From: Octopus vulgaris
Lineage: Eukaryota
DNA length: 64,000 nucleotides
NCBI GenBank assembly: GCA_951406725.2
Contig: OX597825.1
Coordinates: forward strand, 55,614,001-55,678,000
Direction: 5' to 3'
Both the position numbers and the translations under genes were made by a program. The notes beneath the pieces were generated by a model. It saw nothing but the letters and a program-made list of their open reading frames with translations, had not been told where the DNA came from and searched no databases. Position 1 is the first letter of the stretch; every line of letters starts with the position of its first letter. Of the stretch, positions 26,923-38,899 are shown piece after piece.

Positions 26923-27516
26923 TCAACTCATTAAGGCACCATCTGAATGTCTTACATTCTAACTATCGATTCTATATAGTATTTTATACTCAATTATCAA
27001 ACACTTCCTATACTATAATAGTTGATACCAGATTCTTATCAGTAGCATCGCAAAAAGTCGATTTACCGTTGCAGTCTTTTGACGGTTTCTTTTAATTTTA
27101 TTTTTCTTTATGTTATTTCTTTCAGAATTGTTGCTGCTGTTGTTGTTGTTGTTGTTGCATTTGATTTCTTTATAGCGTTTGACAGATTGGTTTGAAACTG
27201 GGTTGTAACATTTGGTTAATGCATGGCAACATCAGTGGTTCCAGGTGAAAAGCTTTTCCTTTCACTCACAGAACAACTTCTTTGTTGAAATACAAACTAC
27301 AATGAGAAAGGAAGACAGCAGAGTCTGTATTTCTGTTTATGTGATGTGTGATGAAGGTGTAACATATGTGTAACACAGGGGTAACAGTTGAACAGTCACA
27401 TAACAGACATGTAACATTTATATACACACAAACACACACGCACATATATATATATGTATATAAATGTGTGTGTGTATATATGTATATATATATATACGAT
27501 CATATATATTTACGTA

Positions 27517-27858
27517 TACTCTCTTTTACTTGTTTCAGTCATTTTACTGTGGCCATGCTGGAGCACCACCTTTATTCTTTGTAAGGCTAGTACTTATTCT
27601 ATCGGTCTCTTTTGCCGAACCGCTAAGTTACGGGGACATAAACACACCAACATCGGACACACAAACACATACACACAAACACATACACACACATATATAT
27701 ACATATATACGACGGGCCTCTTTCAGTTTCCGTCTACCAAATCTACTCGGCCCGAGGCTATAGTAGAAGACACTTGCCCAAGCTGCCATGTAGTGGGACT
27801 GAACCCTGAACCATGTGGTCGGTAAGCAAGCTACTTACCACACAGCCACTCCTACGCA
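27517..27858 (-). mobile_element. SINE family A with internal deletions
   Basis: Reverse copy from tail to head 'cttaccacacagccactcctacgc'. Confidence 0.88.
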
Positions 27859-27952
27859 TATGTATACATAAAAATATATAAGGATATTATTGTTAATAGT
27901 TTATAATAATATCAGTGGCTAGTATGTGTAAAAGAGCCATAAAGGTAAAATT

Positions 27953-28432
27953 ATTAATTAATAATGAAGGGTACTACTTGTAGACTCAGCATGCTAAAAA
28001 TAGCAGTCAAAACAACTCAAAACCATAGTTTTCCCTTGTACCCAAGAGTAAAATCGAGGGAAAAAGTAATAAAATTTTAAGACCCCAAACCATAGACGAA
28101 AAGAATTGAAAATTAAAATCAAACATACTTACATCAGTGATTTCAAACTTTGTGAATGATCACTTTGTTCTCATCAGTGAGTAATACTGACCCAGGGCCA
28201 AAACCATGCTTACTGATGATAAGAGATAATTCACAAAGTTCAAAACCACTGTGATATTAGTATGTCTGATTTTCATTTTTAATACTTTTTGTCTACGGTT
28301 TGGGGTCTTAAAATTTTATTGCTCTTTCCTTAATTTTACCCTTGTGTACAAGGGAAAACTGTGGTTTTGAGTTGTTTTGACTGCTATTTTTAGCATGCTG
28401 GTGCTACAAGTGGTACTCTTCATTATTAATTA

Positions 28433-28434
<2 letters not shown>
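27953..28434. mobile_element. ~480-bp foldback element / MITE (long imperfect palindrome)
   Basis: Left arm 'attaattaataatgaagggtactacttgtag..cagcatgctaaaaatagcagtcaaaacaactcaaaacca' is the reverse complement of the right arm 'tggttttgagttgttttgactgctatttttagcatgctg..ctacaagtggtactcttcattattaattaat'; pairing continues to about 28180/28210. Confidence 0.9.
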
Positions 28435-28478
<44 letters not shown>

Positions 28479-28715
28479 TTTATCATTATCTTTTACTTGT
28501 TTCAGTCATTTGATTGTGGTCATGCTGGGGCACAACATTGAAGGATTTTAATTGAGAAATTAAAATCCTTCAATGTTTATGTGTGTGCGTGTGTGTGTAT
28601 CCAAACACATGTGCAGTGGGCTTCTTTCAGTTTCCCATCTTGGCTCATATCATTTAACTAAATCATCTTCCATCATTGAGGAGATGTACTCAGGAAACAA
28701 ATGCATATATATATA

Positions 28716-28919
28716 TAATGTGACCTCGTGTGTACCGTTGGCGATTTTTTTTCCTCTGTCTTCCCTTCTCTGGATCTTTCCTTCTCCTATGTTTCTGACA
28801 AACAGCTCTGCTCGAAACGTTAAACCCTCCTTCTTTCCTTCTTTCCTGAGCATCCAATAATACTATATTTGTTCCATGTCCTCACGTTGTTGTGTTTTTT
28901 TGTGCTTTCTTGTTTGGAT

Positions 28920-28925
<6 letters not shown>
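28716..28925 (+). mobile_element. Penelope-like / retrozyme-type short repeat in (TA)n with degenerate minimal hammerhead
   Basis: Flanked by (ta)n on both sides; contains gttt-CTGACAA-acagc tct gctc-GAAACGTT-aaac at 28791-28825. Confidence 0.55.
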
Positions 28926-28962
<37 letters not shown>

Positions 28963-28970
28963 ATGTAAGT

Positions 28971-29019
<49 letters not shown>

Positions 29020-29379
29020 ACATACCACACACACACACTCTCTCTCTCTCACATACACACACAAGCACAACTGTATCACTGATTATCAGATGCTGTTTTG
29101 CACAGCTGCCGACAATGCACTTCCAAGTCTTTCTTAATTGCACTTTTGTTTCCCATCTTGGCTCATATCATTTAACTAAATCATCTTCCATCATTGAGGA
29201 GATGCCTTAGATATTTACATTTGTCTATGTATTAAAGTCTACCTTTACAATTTATTGTTCTTACATGTTCTTTATTATTTATGAAACCTCTTAGATTGAT
29301 GTGCCAAACACTTCTGATGCTCACCTTGAACTTACATAGTTGGATGCCTTTAAGAAAAATGTGAGCCATAAGAATCTTC

Positions 29380-29620
29380 CGTGGGATTCAGATTTTGGGG
29401 AGGAAGGATTGTGAAAGGTATTAAATGCAAGGTTTTCAAAGATAGAGCGTGTTAAGGATGATTGGAAATATAGAAGCAGATGGAGGAGAAGTGGTTTGGA
29501 GGGGGTTGGAATAATTACAGATGGATATGAAGAAATCTGCAAAACCTTCGTCAGATGTGCCGAGGAAATGGTAAGTGGTAATGTAGGGTGGGTGGATGTG
29601 ATGTGATGTGATGGAACAAG
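29380..29620 (-). mobile_element. Possible Penelope-like element coding relic (RT-EN linker)
   Basis: Minus translation PPYITTYH...PSASIFP resembles the IPLVxTYHP...IFP linker of PLEs; frameshifted. Confidence 0.3.
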
Positions 29621-30394
29621 TTATGGGTTTGAGAGGAGATAGATGAAGGGAGTTAAGGATCAAAAGGATCAAGGAGTCAAGGGAGTTTGGGACGTAAACA
29701 TATGATTGAGGCAAATAGAGAAATGCAATATTGCTGGTTTCTATGGAAACTACATTAACATGGGATAAAATGGATATTAAAATGTTGTGATGGTGGTGGT
29801 TGTGGTGGTGGTGGTGGTTATGGTGGTAGTGGCAGCGGTGGTGGTGCTAGTGGTGTTTATGATGATTATGATGATGATGATGATGATGATGACAATGATG
29901 ACGACAGCAATAATAATGATGACAATGAGGATTATAGTGATACTGGTGATGGTGGTGGTTGTGGAAGTCGTGGTGATGGTGGTGGTAGGGATGATGTCAA
30001 TAGCAACAAACATTCTCAGATGGGAGAGAGATAGAAAGACAGAGAGAGAGTGAGTGAGAGAGAGACATTGTGAATATAAGATTGAGAGGGAGACATTGTA
30101 AATATGAGAGAGAAAGAGAGAGAGACACTGTGGGTATGAGGGAAAGAGAGAAAAGAAGAGAGAGGGTGATTATAAAAGAGGGAGAGACAGAGGAAAAGAG
30201 GCTATAAATGTTCCATTTTCATGAAGGGCAAACAGCACAAACAACAAAATCAAGGCAACAGAACAGAGAACAGTAATCAGATTTTATCTCAAATAGCAGC
30301 CTCAATTTCTAAAAACTAAGGGTTTTGAGAGAACAACACATACACATTAAATACATACACACATGCATGTATGCACACACACACATACACACAA

Positions 30395-30427
<33 letters not shown>

Positions 30428-30613
30428 CACATATATAATATATTTATCTATTGAGGTACATGTATATATATCAATGTATGTATATATATATATATATGTG
30501 TGTGTCTGTGTATAATATATATGCATTCATATACATACATATATGCACACACATACATATATACATAATATATATATATATATATATATGTATATATGTG
30601 TGTGTGTGTATGA

Positions 30614-30644
<31 letters not shown>

Positions 30645-31565
30645 TACGTGGATTAATATATATACATATAGATATATTAATGTGTGATTAGGTTAGTGTG
30701 TGTGTAGGTATGTATTTGTGTGTTTGCGTGTGTGTGTCTGTGTCTATGTCTGTAAGTGTCTTGAATATACTTATTCTGAAATGGAGCGAAATTGCGAGGA
30801 AAAGAAGGCAATTATAGGGTAAATCGAACTCCTCACCACTCCTGTCCTCCACACACAGACGTACAGCTACCATATTTGTTAAGACATTTATGGAGTAATG
30901 ACGGGAGATAAACAGTGGAGGATAGTGGAAAACAGAGCAAAAGAGAGAGAGAGAGAGAGTAAGTGAGAGAAGCTAAAAGAGAAAGACTATGGGAAGACAA
31001 ATAGAGAGAAAGAGACATATTCAAGAGGGAGAGAAAGAGAGAGAGAGAGAGATGGAGACAGAAAGAGTCATTGAATATATGCTAATATTCAGACAAAATG
31101 TCAGTAAGGTGCAAAAAGGGTTAAGGTGTTCCTGTACTTGCAGCATTAGGACTATGAGCATATGTGTATGCATTTAAACACACACACACACACATAAATA
31201 CATATATACATCTCTGTGTGTGTGAGCATAAATGGACCATTGCATTCGCTATAGAGAAGCTAGTTCAGTCAGTCCAGAATACAAATATTGAAAAAAAAAA
31301 AGGAAAAAAGAAAAATAGAGAATTTGGTTCATTCCACCATCTATAGGGAAACTAATGAACCAATTCCAAAAGAAAATCAAATCAGCCTTATTTACCACCA
31401 CCCAGCACCCCCCCTCACTATACATACATATATATATGTATATATATATTGTCTATTAATGACTTCCTGCCTATATGTGTATCTCTGTCTTTATTTTTCA
31501 TTGACCCTCAGCTTCATCTCTATCTGTCTTTATCTCTCTCTCTCTCTCTCTCTCTCTCATCTTAC

Positions 31566-31601
31566 CTAAATTAATTCTTCTCCTAAACATCTCTTCTTAG
31601 C
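31566..31601 (-). other. Candidate 36-nt internal (probably 5' UTR) exon
   Basis: Minus: 'tctccatcttgtatcttccacctcctcctcctcctgcag|gctaag...atttag|gtaaga'; strong acceptor and donor, stops in all three frames. Confidence 0.5.
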
Positions 31602-31722
31602 CTGCAGGAGGAGGAGGAGGTGGAAGATACAAGATGGAGACTGCACAAGATGTTTTAAAGCTTCACTCTCATTTTTCTTCAAATGGATTTCTGTCACTTT
31701 CTCACCTCATACATATACACGC

Positions 31723-31793
<71 letters not shown>

Positions 31794-31849
31794 AGTATAG
31801 ATATATGTATATGTACAAATATGCACATATATATGTATATATTGTATAC

Positions 31850-31907
<58 letters not shown>

Positions 31908-31940
31908 ATGCACATATATATATGCATATATATATATGTG

Positions 31941-31975
<35 letters not shown>

Positions 31976-31996
31976 ATGTATATTCTGGTTTCATTC

Positions 31997-32116
31997 ACCT
32001 CCGGTATTTTCATTTCCGGTATCTCAACATCCGGTATTGTTTTTTTTTTTAATTTTTGTTTTATTTTCCCCCTTTATTTTATGTTGTTTTTCTTTAACTC
32101 TCCATTGATGTCGTTT

Positions 32117-32193
<77 letters not shown>

Positions 32194-32430
32194 GCTGTTG
32201 TTGCTGTTGTTGATTTCGTTGATGTTGTTGCTGTTGTTGCTCCTTTTCATTAATACGATGCCGTCGGCAAACAACAGTGTTAGCAAAAAGCATGTTCGCT
32301 TTTCCAAACTGCCGCCGGCACTGTGGTAACTCAACGAGAACAGAAACAATTACAATAACAAAAACAACAACAACAACAACAACAGCAGTAACAAAAACAA
32401 TAAGAACAAAAATAATCATGCCGGCAATAA
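31997..32430 (-). promoter_or_regulatory. CpG-retaining candidate promoter / non-coding first exon with three ETS-like sites
   Basis: CpG cluster 32250-32430; minus ataccggatgt, ataccggaaat, ataccggag|gtgaat (donor GT at 31998-31997). Confidence 0.4.
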
Positions 32431-32714
32431 TAGGTTTTTCCTTTTTTTTTTAACTTTGGTACAATGGGTACATGTATTTGTCGGAGAATTAGCTACAGTC
32501 TAATCAATTGACACTATATTACAGCTACTTCTATTATTACCCCTAAAAAGCCCTCAATTTGTGAAAAACAAGAATTTGCTGGCATGTAGGTATGGCTAAG
32601 AAGCTTCTTTCTCAGCCAGGGAACACATGCACACACATATGTATGAATGCATGCATGTATAATGTATGTATGTATGTATGTATGTATGTTTGTATGTATG
32701 TATATGAGAAAGTA

Positions 32715-33160
32715 TGCACATGAGAAAGTAAGGAGGGATGTCAGGAAGGGCATCGCTGTTACACTTCCAGAAGGGAAGGTCCTCCTTTGCTTCTGACATG
32801 CAATGTCTGTGCAAGACCCTGCCTCAGTAAAGCTGGACTCAAGAGTCATCTTTGTAGTCATAAAACGAGACAGATGAGTGACAACCTGGCCACTGGTGGT
32901 GGTGTAACACGCCATACTAATCATATCTGTCGGGTATGTGGAAGAGAGTGTAATTCGGCAGGAGGACTTAAACGACATGCAAAGGTACATGAAGCCCTGT
33001 TACAACTACAGCCGGCTATTACCAGTAAAGGTTTTAGTTGCCAATTTTGTACAAGACATTGTAGATTTTTAGCTGGGCTAAAAAGTCACATTCGATCACA
33101 GCACTAGTAATAGTTAAGCTTCGTGCAATGGCCACACTCAATAATGAGGGGGAAGTCATA
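32715..33160 (+). mobile_element. 5'-truncated RTE-clade LINE 3' end with three C2H2 zinc fingers and (TATG)n tail
   Basis: CNVCARPCLSKAGLKSHLCSH / CRVCGRECNSAGGLKRHAKVH / CQFCTRHCRFLAGLKSHIRSQH* match the CxxCxRxCxSxxGLxSH terminal finger of RTEs; no TGEKP linkers; short 3' UTR then (tatg)n. Confidence 0.75.
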
Positions 33161-33249
33161 ATGTATGTATGTATGTAGGTAGGTATGCATGTAAGTATGT
33201 GTGTATGTATGTATCTGTGTATGTGAGTCTGCATTTGTGTTTGCTTCCT

Positions 33250-33675
33250 ACCTGGTCTCAGATTCAATCTCACAGCACAGCACCTTGGGCCACTGGGCAA
33301 GTATCTTTTGCTAAGACTCCAGGCTGACTAAAATCTTGCGAGTGGATTTGGGAGACGGAAACTGAAAGAAATCTATCATATGTGTTTGTCGGTTTGTGTG
33401 TGTGTGTGTGTGTGTGTGGACAAACCATCGTCTCAACACAATGGGATTATTGTAAATGAGTATCACCATCATACAACCAGTGTTGTTCATTTTCAGCCTT
33501 CTATGAAAATTATATTGGACCTGACCTGTAAGAAACATTTACCTTGCTGGAAAGCAGGAGAGGATTGGTAACAGAAAGGGCATCTGGAAACAGAAAACCT
33601 GCCTCAACAAATTTCATTTTGCCCATGAAAGCATGGAAAAATTGGATATTAAAGAATTATCATGATGTTAATGAC
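33250..33675 (+). mobile_element. SINE with family A head and alternative tail
   Basis: 'caccttgggc...gcgagtggatttgggagacggaaactgaaagaa...aagggcatc...gcatggaaaa'. Confidence 0.7.
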
Positions 33676-33862
33676 ATTCCTCTATCTCTCTCTCTTTCTC
33701 TCTGTATGTGTGTGTGTGTGTGTATGTTTGTATTTATATATATATATATATATATTATATAAATATATTTACAGGGAAAGAGTGTGTGAGAGAGACATCC
33801 ATCCACTAATGTTCAGTATTGTTCATTTTGTCATTTCTTTTTTTGTCAAATAATTATTTCAT

Positions 33863-33915
<53 letters not shown>

Positions 33916-33920
33916 CATGC

Positions 33921-34255
33921 GAAGGTGCATGGCTCAGTGTTTAGAGTGTCGAGCTTACGATCCTGAAGTTGTGAGCTCGAATCCCGGACCGGGCTGCATG
34001 TTGTGTACTTGAGTAAGACACTTTATTTCACATTGCTCCAGTTAACTCAGCTGTAGAAATGAGTTGCGACATCACTGGTGCCAAGCTGCATCAGCCTTTG
34101 TCTTTCCCTTGGATAACATCAGTGGTGTGGAGAGGGAGGCTGGTATGTATGGGCGACTGCTGGCTATCCATAAACAACCTTGCCCGGACTTGTGCCTCGG
34201 AGGGTAACTTTCTAGGTGCAATCCCATGGTCATTAATGACCGAAGGGGGTCTCCC
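33921..34255 (+). mobile_element. tRNA-derived SINE family C, full length
   Basis: A box 'tggctcagtg', B box 'gagctcgaatccc', central 'gtacttgagtaagacactttatttcacattgctccag' domain shared with the 61350 copy. Confidence 0.85.
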
Positions 34256-34349
34256 CATATATGTATCAGAAGGATCAAAATCATTCTCAAGCACTAGGTT
34301 CTTAAGTTCAGTTTCTTAGATTCTGTGATGCATATATTCCTCCTTTGAT

Positions 34350-34510
34350 AGGAGCTGGTCTGTTGTAGGATTACTCAATTTTTGCTGATTGGGTGGATCG
34401 GACGATGGTAAATGAAGGGCTTCACTCAAAGACACAATACATCAACCAGTCCAGGAATTGAAACAATAAGTATATGACGAGTGCAACAGCCTAACCACTA
34501 GGCCATGTGT
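34350..34510 (-). mobile_element. SINE family C, decayed 5' part
   Basis: 'cactcaaagacacaa...ccaggaattgaaac...cctaaccactaggccatg' is a reverse tRNA head. Confidence 0.6.
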
Positions 34511-34562
34511 CTACACACACACACAATATAGATATGTATGTGTGTGTACGTGTGTGTGTGCA

Positions 34563-34604
<42 letters not shown>

Positions 34605-34624
34605 TGTGTGTATATAGATAAATT

Positions 34625-34881
34625 TATAGTATAAAGATAGATATAGATAAGGCTGGTTTATGGGATGACCCTGGGTTTCACATCCAAAAATTGCTTAGCT
34701 TTACAGTGTATCATCAGACCCCCAAACCTATTGGCACATGGTCTCCAGCAAGTGGCATCTCTAGAGAGGTCATGTGCCAACAAGTTTTGAGGTCTGCTGA
34801 TATGCTGTAAAGCTAAGTGCTTTATGGTCATTAAAACCCAGAGTGATCCCATAGACTGTCCATATCTATCTTTATACTATA
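34625..34881. mobile_element. ~257-bp palindromic MITE-like element
   Basis: tatagtataaagatagatat ... atatctatctttatactata termini; internal arms 'gcttagctttacag...cagacc...ttggcacatg' and 'catgtgccaa...ggtctg...ctgtaaagctaagt'. Confidence 0.85.
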
Positions 34882-35825
34882 TTGCTCCATAAATTAGAGT
34901 GTGCTTTCATTTTGGATTTATGATTTACCAACGATCGATATATATATATATACATATACATATATATATAGAGAGAGTGTTGTATTCAAAGCAATGATTA
35001 GTAACTTATGAAACCGGTATGCTTGAATCGCTTTAACAATTCACAATAATGACTTTTATTACTTTTATTCCTACCTCAGTTCATCTAACTGTATATATCT
35101 TTTGCTACTTTTCATAAAAAGCCTTTACTTTTTTTGATTTACAATGTGTATTTTCATTTATTTTTCTTACTTTCCCCTTACATTACCACATGTAGTTTCT
35201 ATTTTCTTTTTGTAACATATTTCTATTATATATATACACTCACAAACTCACATACTTATATATTTGTATGTATACAAATATATGTATGCATACATGAACT
35301 TGTGTATATTTAAATGTGTGTAAATACACACACACAAACACATATATATATATATATATATATATACGTATGTGTATATGTATGTTTGCATATATGCATA
35401 TACATACTTTCCATTTGTATGTTTCTAAAAATCAACAGTACTCCAAATGAAGAGTAAACGAGTGTAACGAGATAAAAGACAAAAAAAGTATCCAAGAATT
35501 TTAAGTGACAGTGTTAATGACAACAACAACAGCAGCTGAGAAACAAACCATTTTCTTGAGAAATTCTTCAAATCTCCATCTAAATTCTTCCTCAATTTTC
35601 GAATGAATTTTTTGCTTCAGTTTGGTGTGTTGGAATGTGGGAATTGTCTTCAAAATTGCTTCTTATATTTTTACATATTCTAATTCCGATCATTTTTATT
35701 GCTTCATCTAAATGCACTGTGTGTGGTGTATGCATGTGTGCATGCATATGTATGTGTTGATGTGTGTGTGTGTGTGTGTATGTATTTGTATGTGTATGTG
35801 TGTACTTGTGCATGTATGCATGTAA

Positions 35826-35856
<31 letters not shown>

Positions 35857-36089
35857 CTCTTTACTCTTTTTACTCTTTTACTTGTTTCAGTGATTTGACT
35901 GTAGCCATGCTGGAGCACCGCCTTTAGTCAAGCAAATCGACTGCAGGACTTATTCTTTGTAAGCCTAGTACTTATTCTATCAGTCTCTTATGCCGAACCG
36001 CTAAGTTATGGGGATGTAAACACACCTCCATTGGTTGTTAAGTGATGTTGATCAGGGGGTGGGAGGACACACACAGATACACAAAACAT

Positions 36090-36121
<32 letters not shown>

Positions 36122-36272
36122 CCATATATACGACAGGCTTCTTTTAGTTTCCGTCAACCAAATCCATTCACAAGGCTTTGGTCGGCCCGAGGCTTTAGTA
36201 GAAGACACTTGCCCAAGGTGTCACGCAGTAGGACTGAACCTGGAACCATGTGGTTGGTAAGCAAGCTACACA
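35857..36272 (-). mobile_element. SINE family A, near full length
   Basis: Tail (tactcttt)x3, body and head in reverse. Confidence 0.9.
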
Positions 36273-36384
36273 CACACAGGTGAGCACATAAGTGCAAAGC
36301 AAGGTGGAAAAAGTAGTACTTGAATACTAAAGGTAGAGTAACACGGTTTTATTAAAGCATCATCATCATTGTCATCATGTGTGT

Positions 36385-36800
36385 CATCCTGCAAATGGAT
36401 GAGGACGGCTGCTGAAAGAAGTGCCAATCTCTAAGACCAAAGGAGACATGGGATGAAGTGGTGAGAGGGCATCTTTGGATGCTGGGCTTCACTGGGGAAA
36501 TGACATGGGGCAGGAAGTTGTGACAAATAGCTGTACTTGAGAAGACATATAAAGCTAAGTAAATTCATGATGACCCATACATACAGGTATGTCCTTTGCA
36601 GGTGCTGGTGGTATATAAAATGCACTCATGTCAGTTCTGCATATATGCAACCATGCTGGTGGCACATGAAAAGCACCCAGTACTCTCTGTAAAGTGGTTG
36701 ATTTTAGGAAGAGTATCCAGCTGTAGAAAGCTAGCCTGCTTCTATCAAACCATTCAATCCATGCCAGCATAGAAAATAGACATTAAACAATGATAATAAT
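36385..36800 (+). mobile_element. RTE LINE 3' end (decayed ORF end plus 3' UTR)
   Basis: MDEDGC*KKCQSL-RPKETWDEVVRGHLWMLGFTGEMT...AVLEKT matches the RTE (GRP)xxTW C-terminus; followed by the UTR block seen five more times in the window. Confidence 0.75.
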
Positions 36801-36834
36801 AATATATATATATAGCACCGCCTTAACTGCTTCT

Positions 36835-37025
36835 GGTGGCATGTAAAAAGCACCAACAGATCGTGGCCACTGCCAGCCTCCCCAGGCACATAAAAAGCAC
36901 CCACTACACTCACGGAGTGGTTGACATTAGGAAGGGCATCCATCTGTGCAGACCCTGGTCGAACCATCCAACCCGTGCTAGCATGGAAAACAGACGTTAA
37001 ACGATGATGATGATGATGATGATGA

Positions 37026-37027
<2 letters not shown>
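36835..37027 (+). mobile_element. Second RTE 3' UTR fragment with (GAT)n tail
   Basis: 'aaaaagcacccactacactcacggagtggttgacattaggaagggcatcc...gacgttaaacgatgatg'. Confidence 0.8.
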
Positions 37028-37068
<41 letters not shown>

Positions 37069-37104
37069 CATGCACATATCTACACATATCCCAGTGTGTT
37101 TATG

Positions 37105-37141
<37 letters not shown>

Positions 37142-38015
37142 CATGTAAACATCTCTACACATAGAGCCATTTATATAGCTCACCCATCTCTCTGGTTACA
37201 TCTATGTGACTGGCTATCAGCAGCTGTTTTTTTTACAGTCTAATACTGTTATTGCTGCCATAGTTATTCTTGTTGTTGTCTGCATTTACTAACCAATCAC
37301 TGCACCTAGATATTTGCAGTGTTCGATCATGGATTATATAGAATCAATGAATGAGAAAGAAATAAAATTTAACTGAGTGTAAAATATATAAAATAAATAA
37401 ATAAACAAATAAATAAAACTCCATTAAAAAAAAGTTCTTCTTTTCATTATTGCCCACCCCCTCCTTCCCTCACATCACCATACCACTTATGGATTTCAAT
37501 TGGTTTTAATGAAGATTAAAGAATATTAGGTGCTTGCATGTTGTTGGTTGTTTAGCTGGTTTGCTGCTGTTGTTGTTGTTGTTGGAGTTAGAGACGGTGG
37601 TGGTGGTGGTGGTGGTGGTGGTGGGGTGTGTGTGTGTGTGTGGGGGGGGGTAGTGTTATTATTGCTTGCCATTGCTGGCGGTGTTGGTGTTAGTGGTGAT
37701 GATGAGGATGGTGATCGTGATATTTGTGGCTGTGTTGCTGCTCTTGTTATTGTTGTTGTTGTAGTTTGTGGTGGTAGTGGTGGTGGTGGTGGTGGTGGTG
37801 ATGGTGGTAGTGTTATTTTTTACTATTGCTGGTGATGTTGGTGTTAATGGTGACAATGATGATGATGGTGATGGTGATGGTGGTGGTAGTGGCGGAGGTG
37901 TTGGTGGTGGTGGTGATGGCACTGGTGATCTTGCTTGTCAATGTGCAATTGATTTTGTTGTTGGTGTGGCTGTAGTTATTAGAGGTAGTGGTAACTGCAG
38001 TAGTGGGTGGTAATG

Positions 38016-38024
<9 letters not shown>

Positions 38025-38082
<58 letters not shown>

Positions 38083-38157
38083 CAGTAGTAGTAGTAGTGG
38101 TAGCAGCAGCAGCAGTAGTAGCAGTTGTAATAGTAGTAGTAGTAGTAGTAGTAGTAA

Positions 38158-38228
<71 letters not shown>
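38025..38228 (+). repeat. (TAG)n microsatellite
   Basis: Direct reading; source of the poly-S/V/Y ORFs. Confidence 0.97.
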
Positions 38229-38841
38229 AGGGTGATGGTGGTGGGGGTGAGTCAAGTTGTGATGTTGTATGTGATGGTGGTGGTTTAGGATGTACTTTTG
38301 GTCTTGTGAGTGGTGGTGGTAGTAGTGATTGTCATGGTGGTAATGGTGATAGTGAAGGTGGTGCAGAAGTGGTAGTGTTTGATGTTGATGCCGGTGGTTG
38401 TTGTTGGTATATTGGCAGTAATGGTGTGGTGGAAGCTGGTTAAGGATGATAAGCTGTTGTTGTTGTTGTTGTTGATGATGATGTTAGAGGTAGTGAAAAA
38501 GAAAGTATAAAAGGGAAATAAAGAGAGAAAGAAAGAACGAAAGAAAGAAGGAAAGAAAGAAAGGGATAAAGTATGGAAGGACAGAATAACAGGAGAGACC
38601 TAAAAAGCCTGCAGATGCATAGAGAAAAAGAGGAAGCATTTAAAAAAAAAATGAAAGAATTGAGAAGAAAAGCGTAAAGAAAATGTGAATAAATATATAA
38701 AGCAAAGGAAGAAAAATACTATAAAACAAAAATAATGGTAAAATGTAAAAAACAGAAACAAGAAATTGGGAGATGGATTTGAACTCAGAAATATAAAATA
38801 GAAGTTTAGCTGTTCTAATGGTTCTTACATTGAGTGCAGAA

Positions 38842-38897
<56 letters not shown>

Positions 38898-38899
<2 letters not shown>

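Noticed and set aside
32787-33107. Host C2H2 zinc-finger gene
   Set aside because: Finger pattern, lack of TGEKP linkers, short UTR and repeat tail fit an RTE LINE 3' end better.
33921-33995. tRNA gene (also 61350-61425 and the SINE-A/B heads)
   Set aside because: A/B boxes continue into SINE bodies, some with TSDs; no convincing cloverleaf or terminator.
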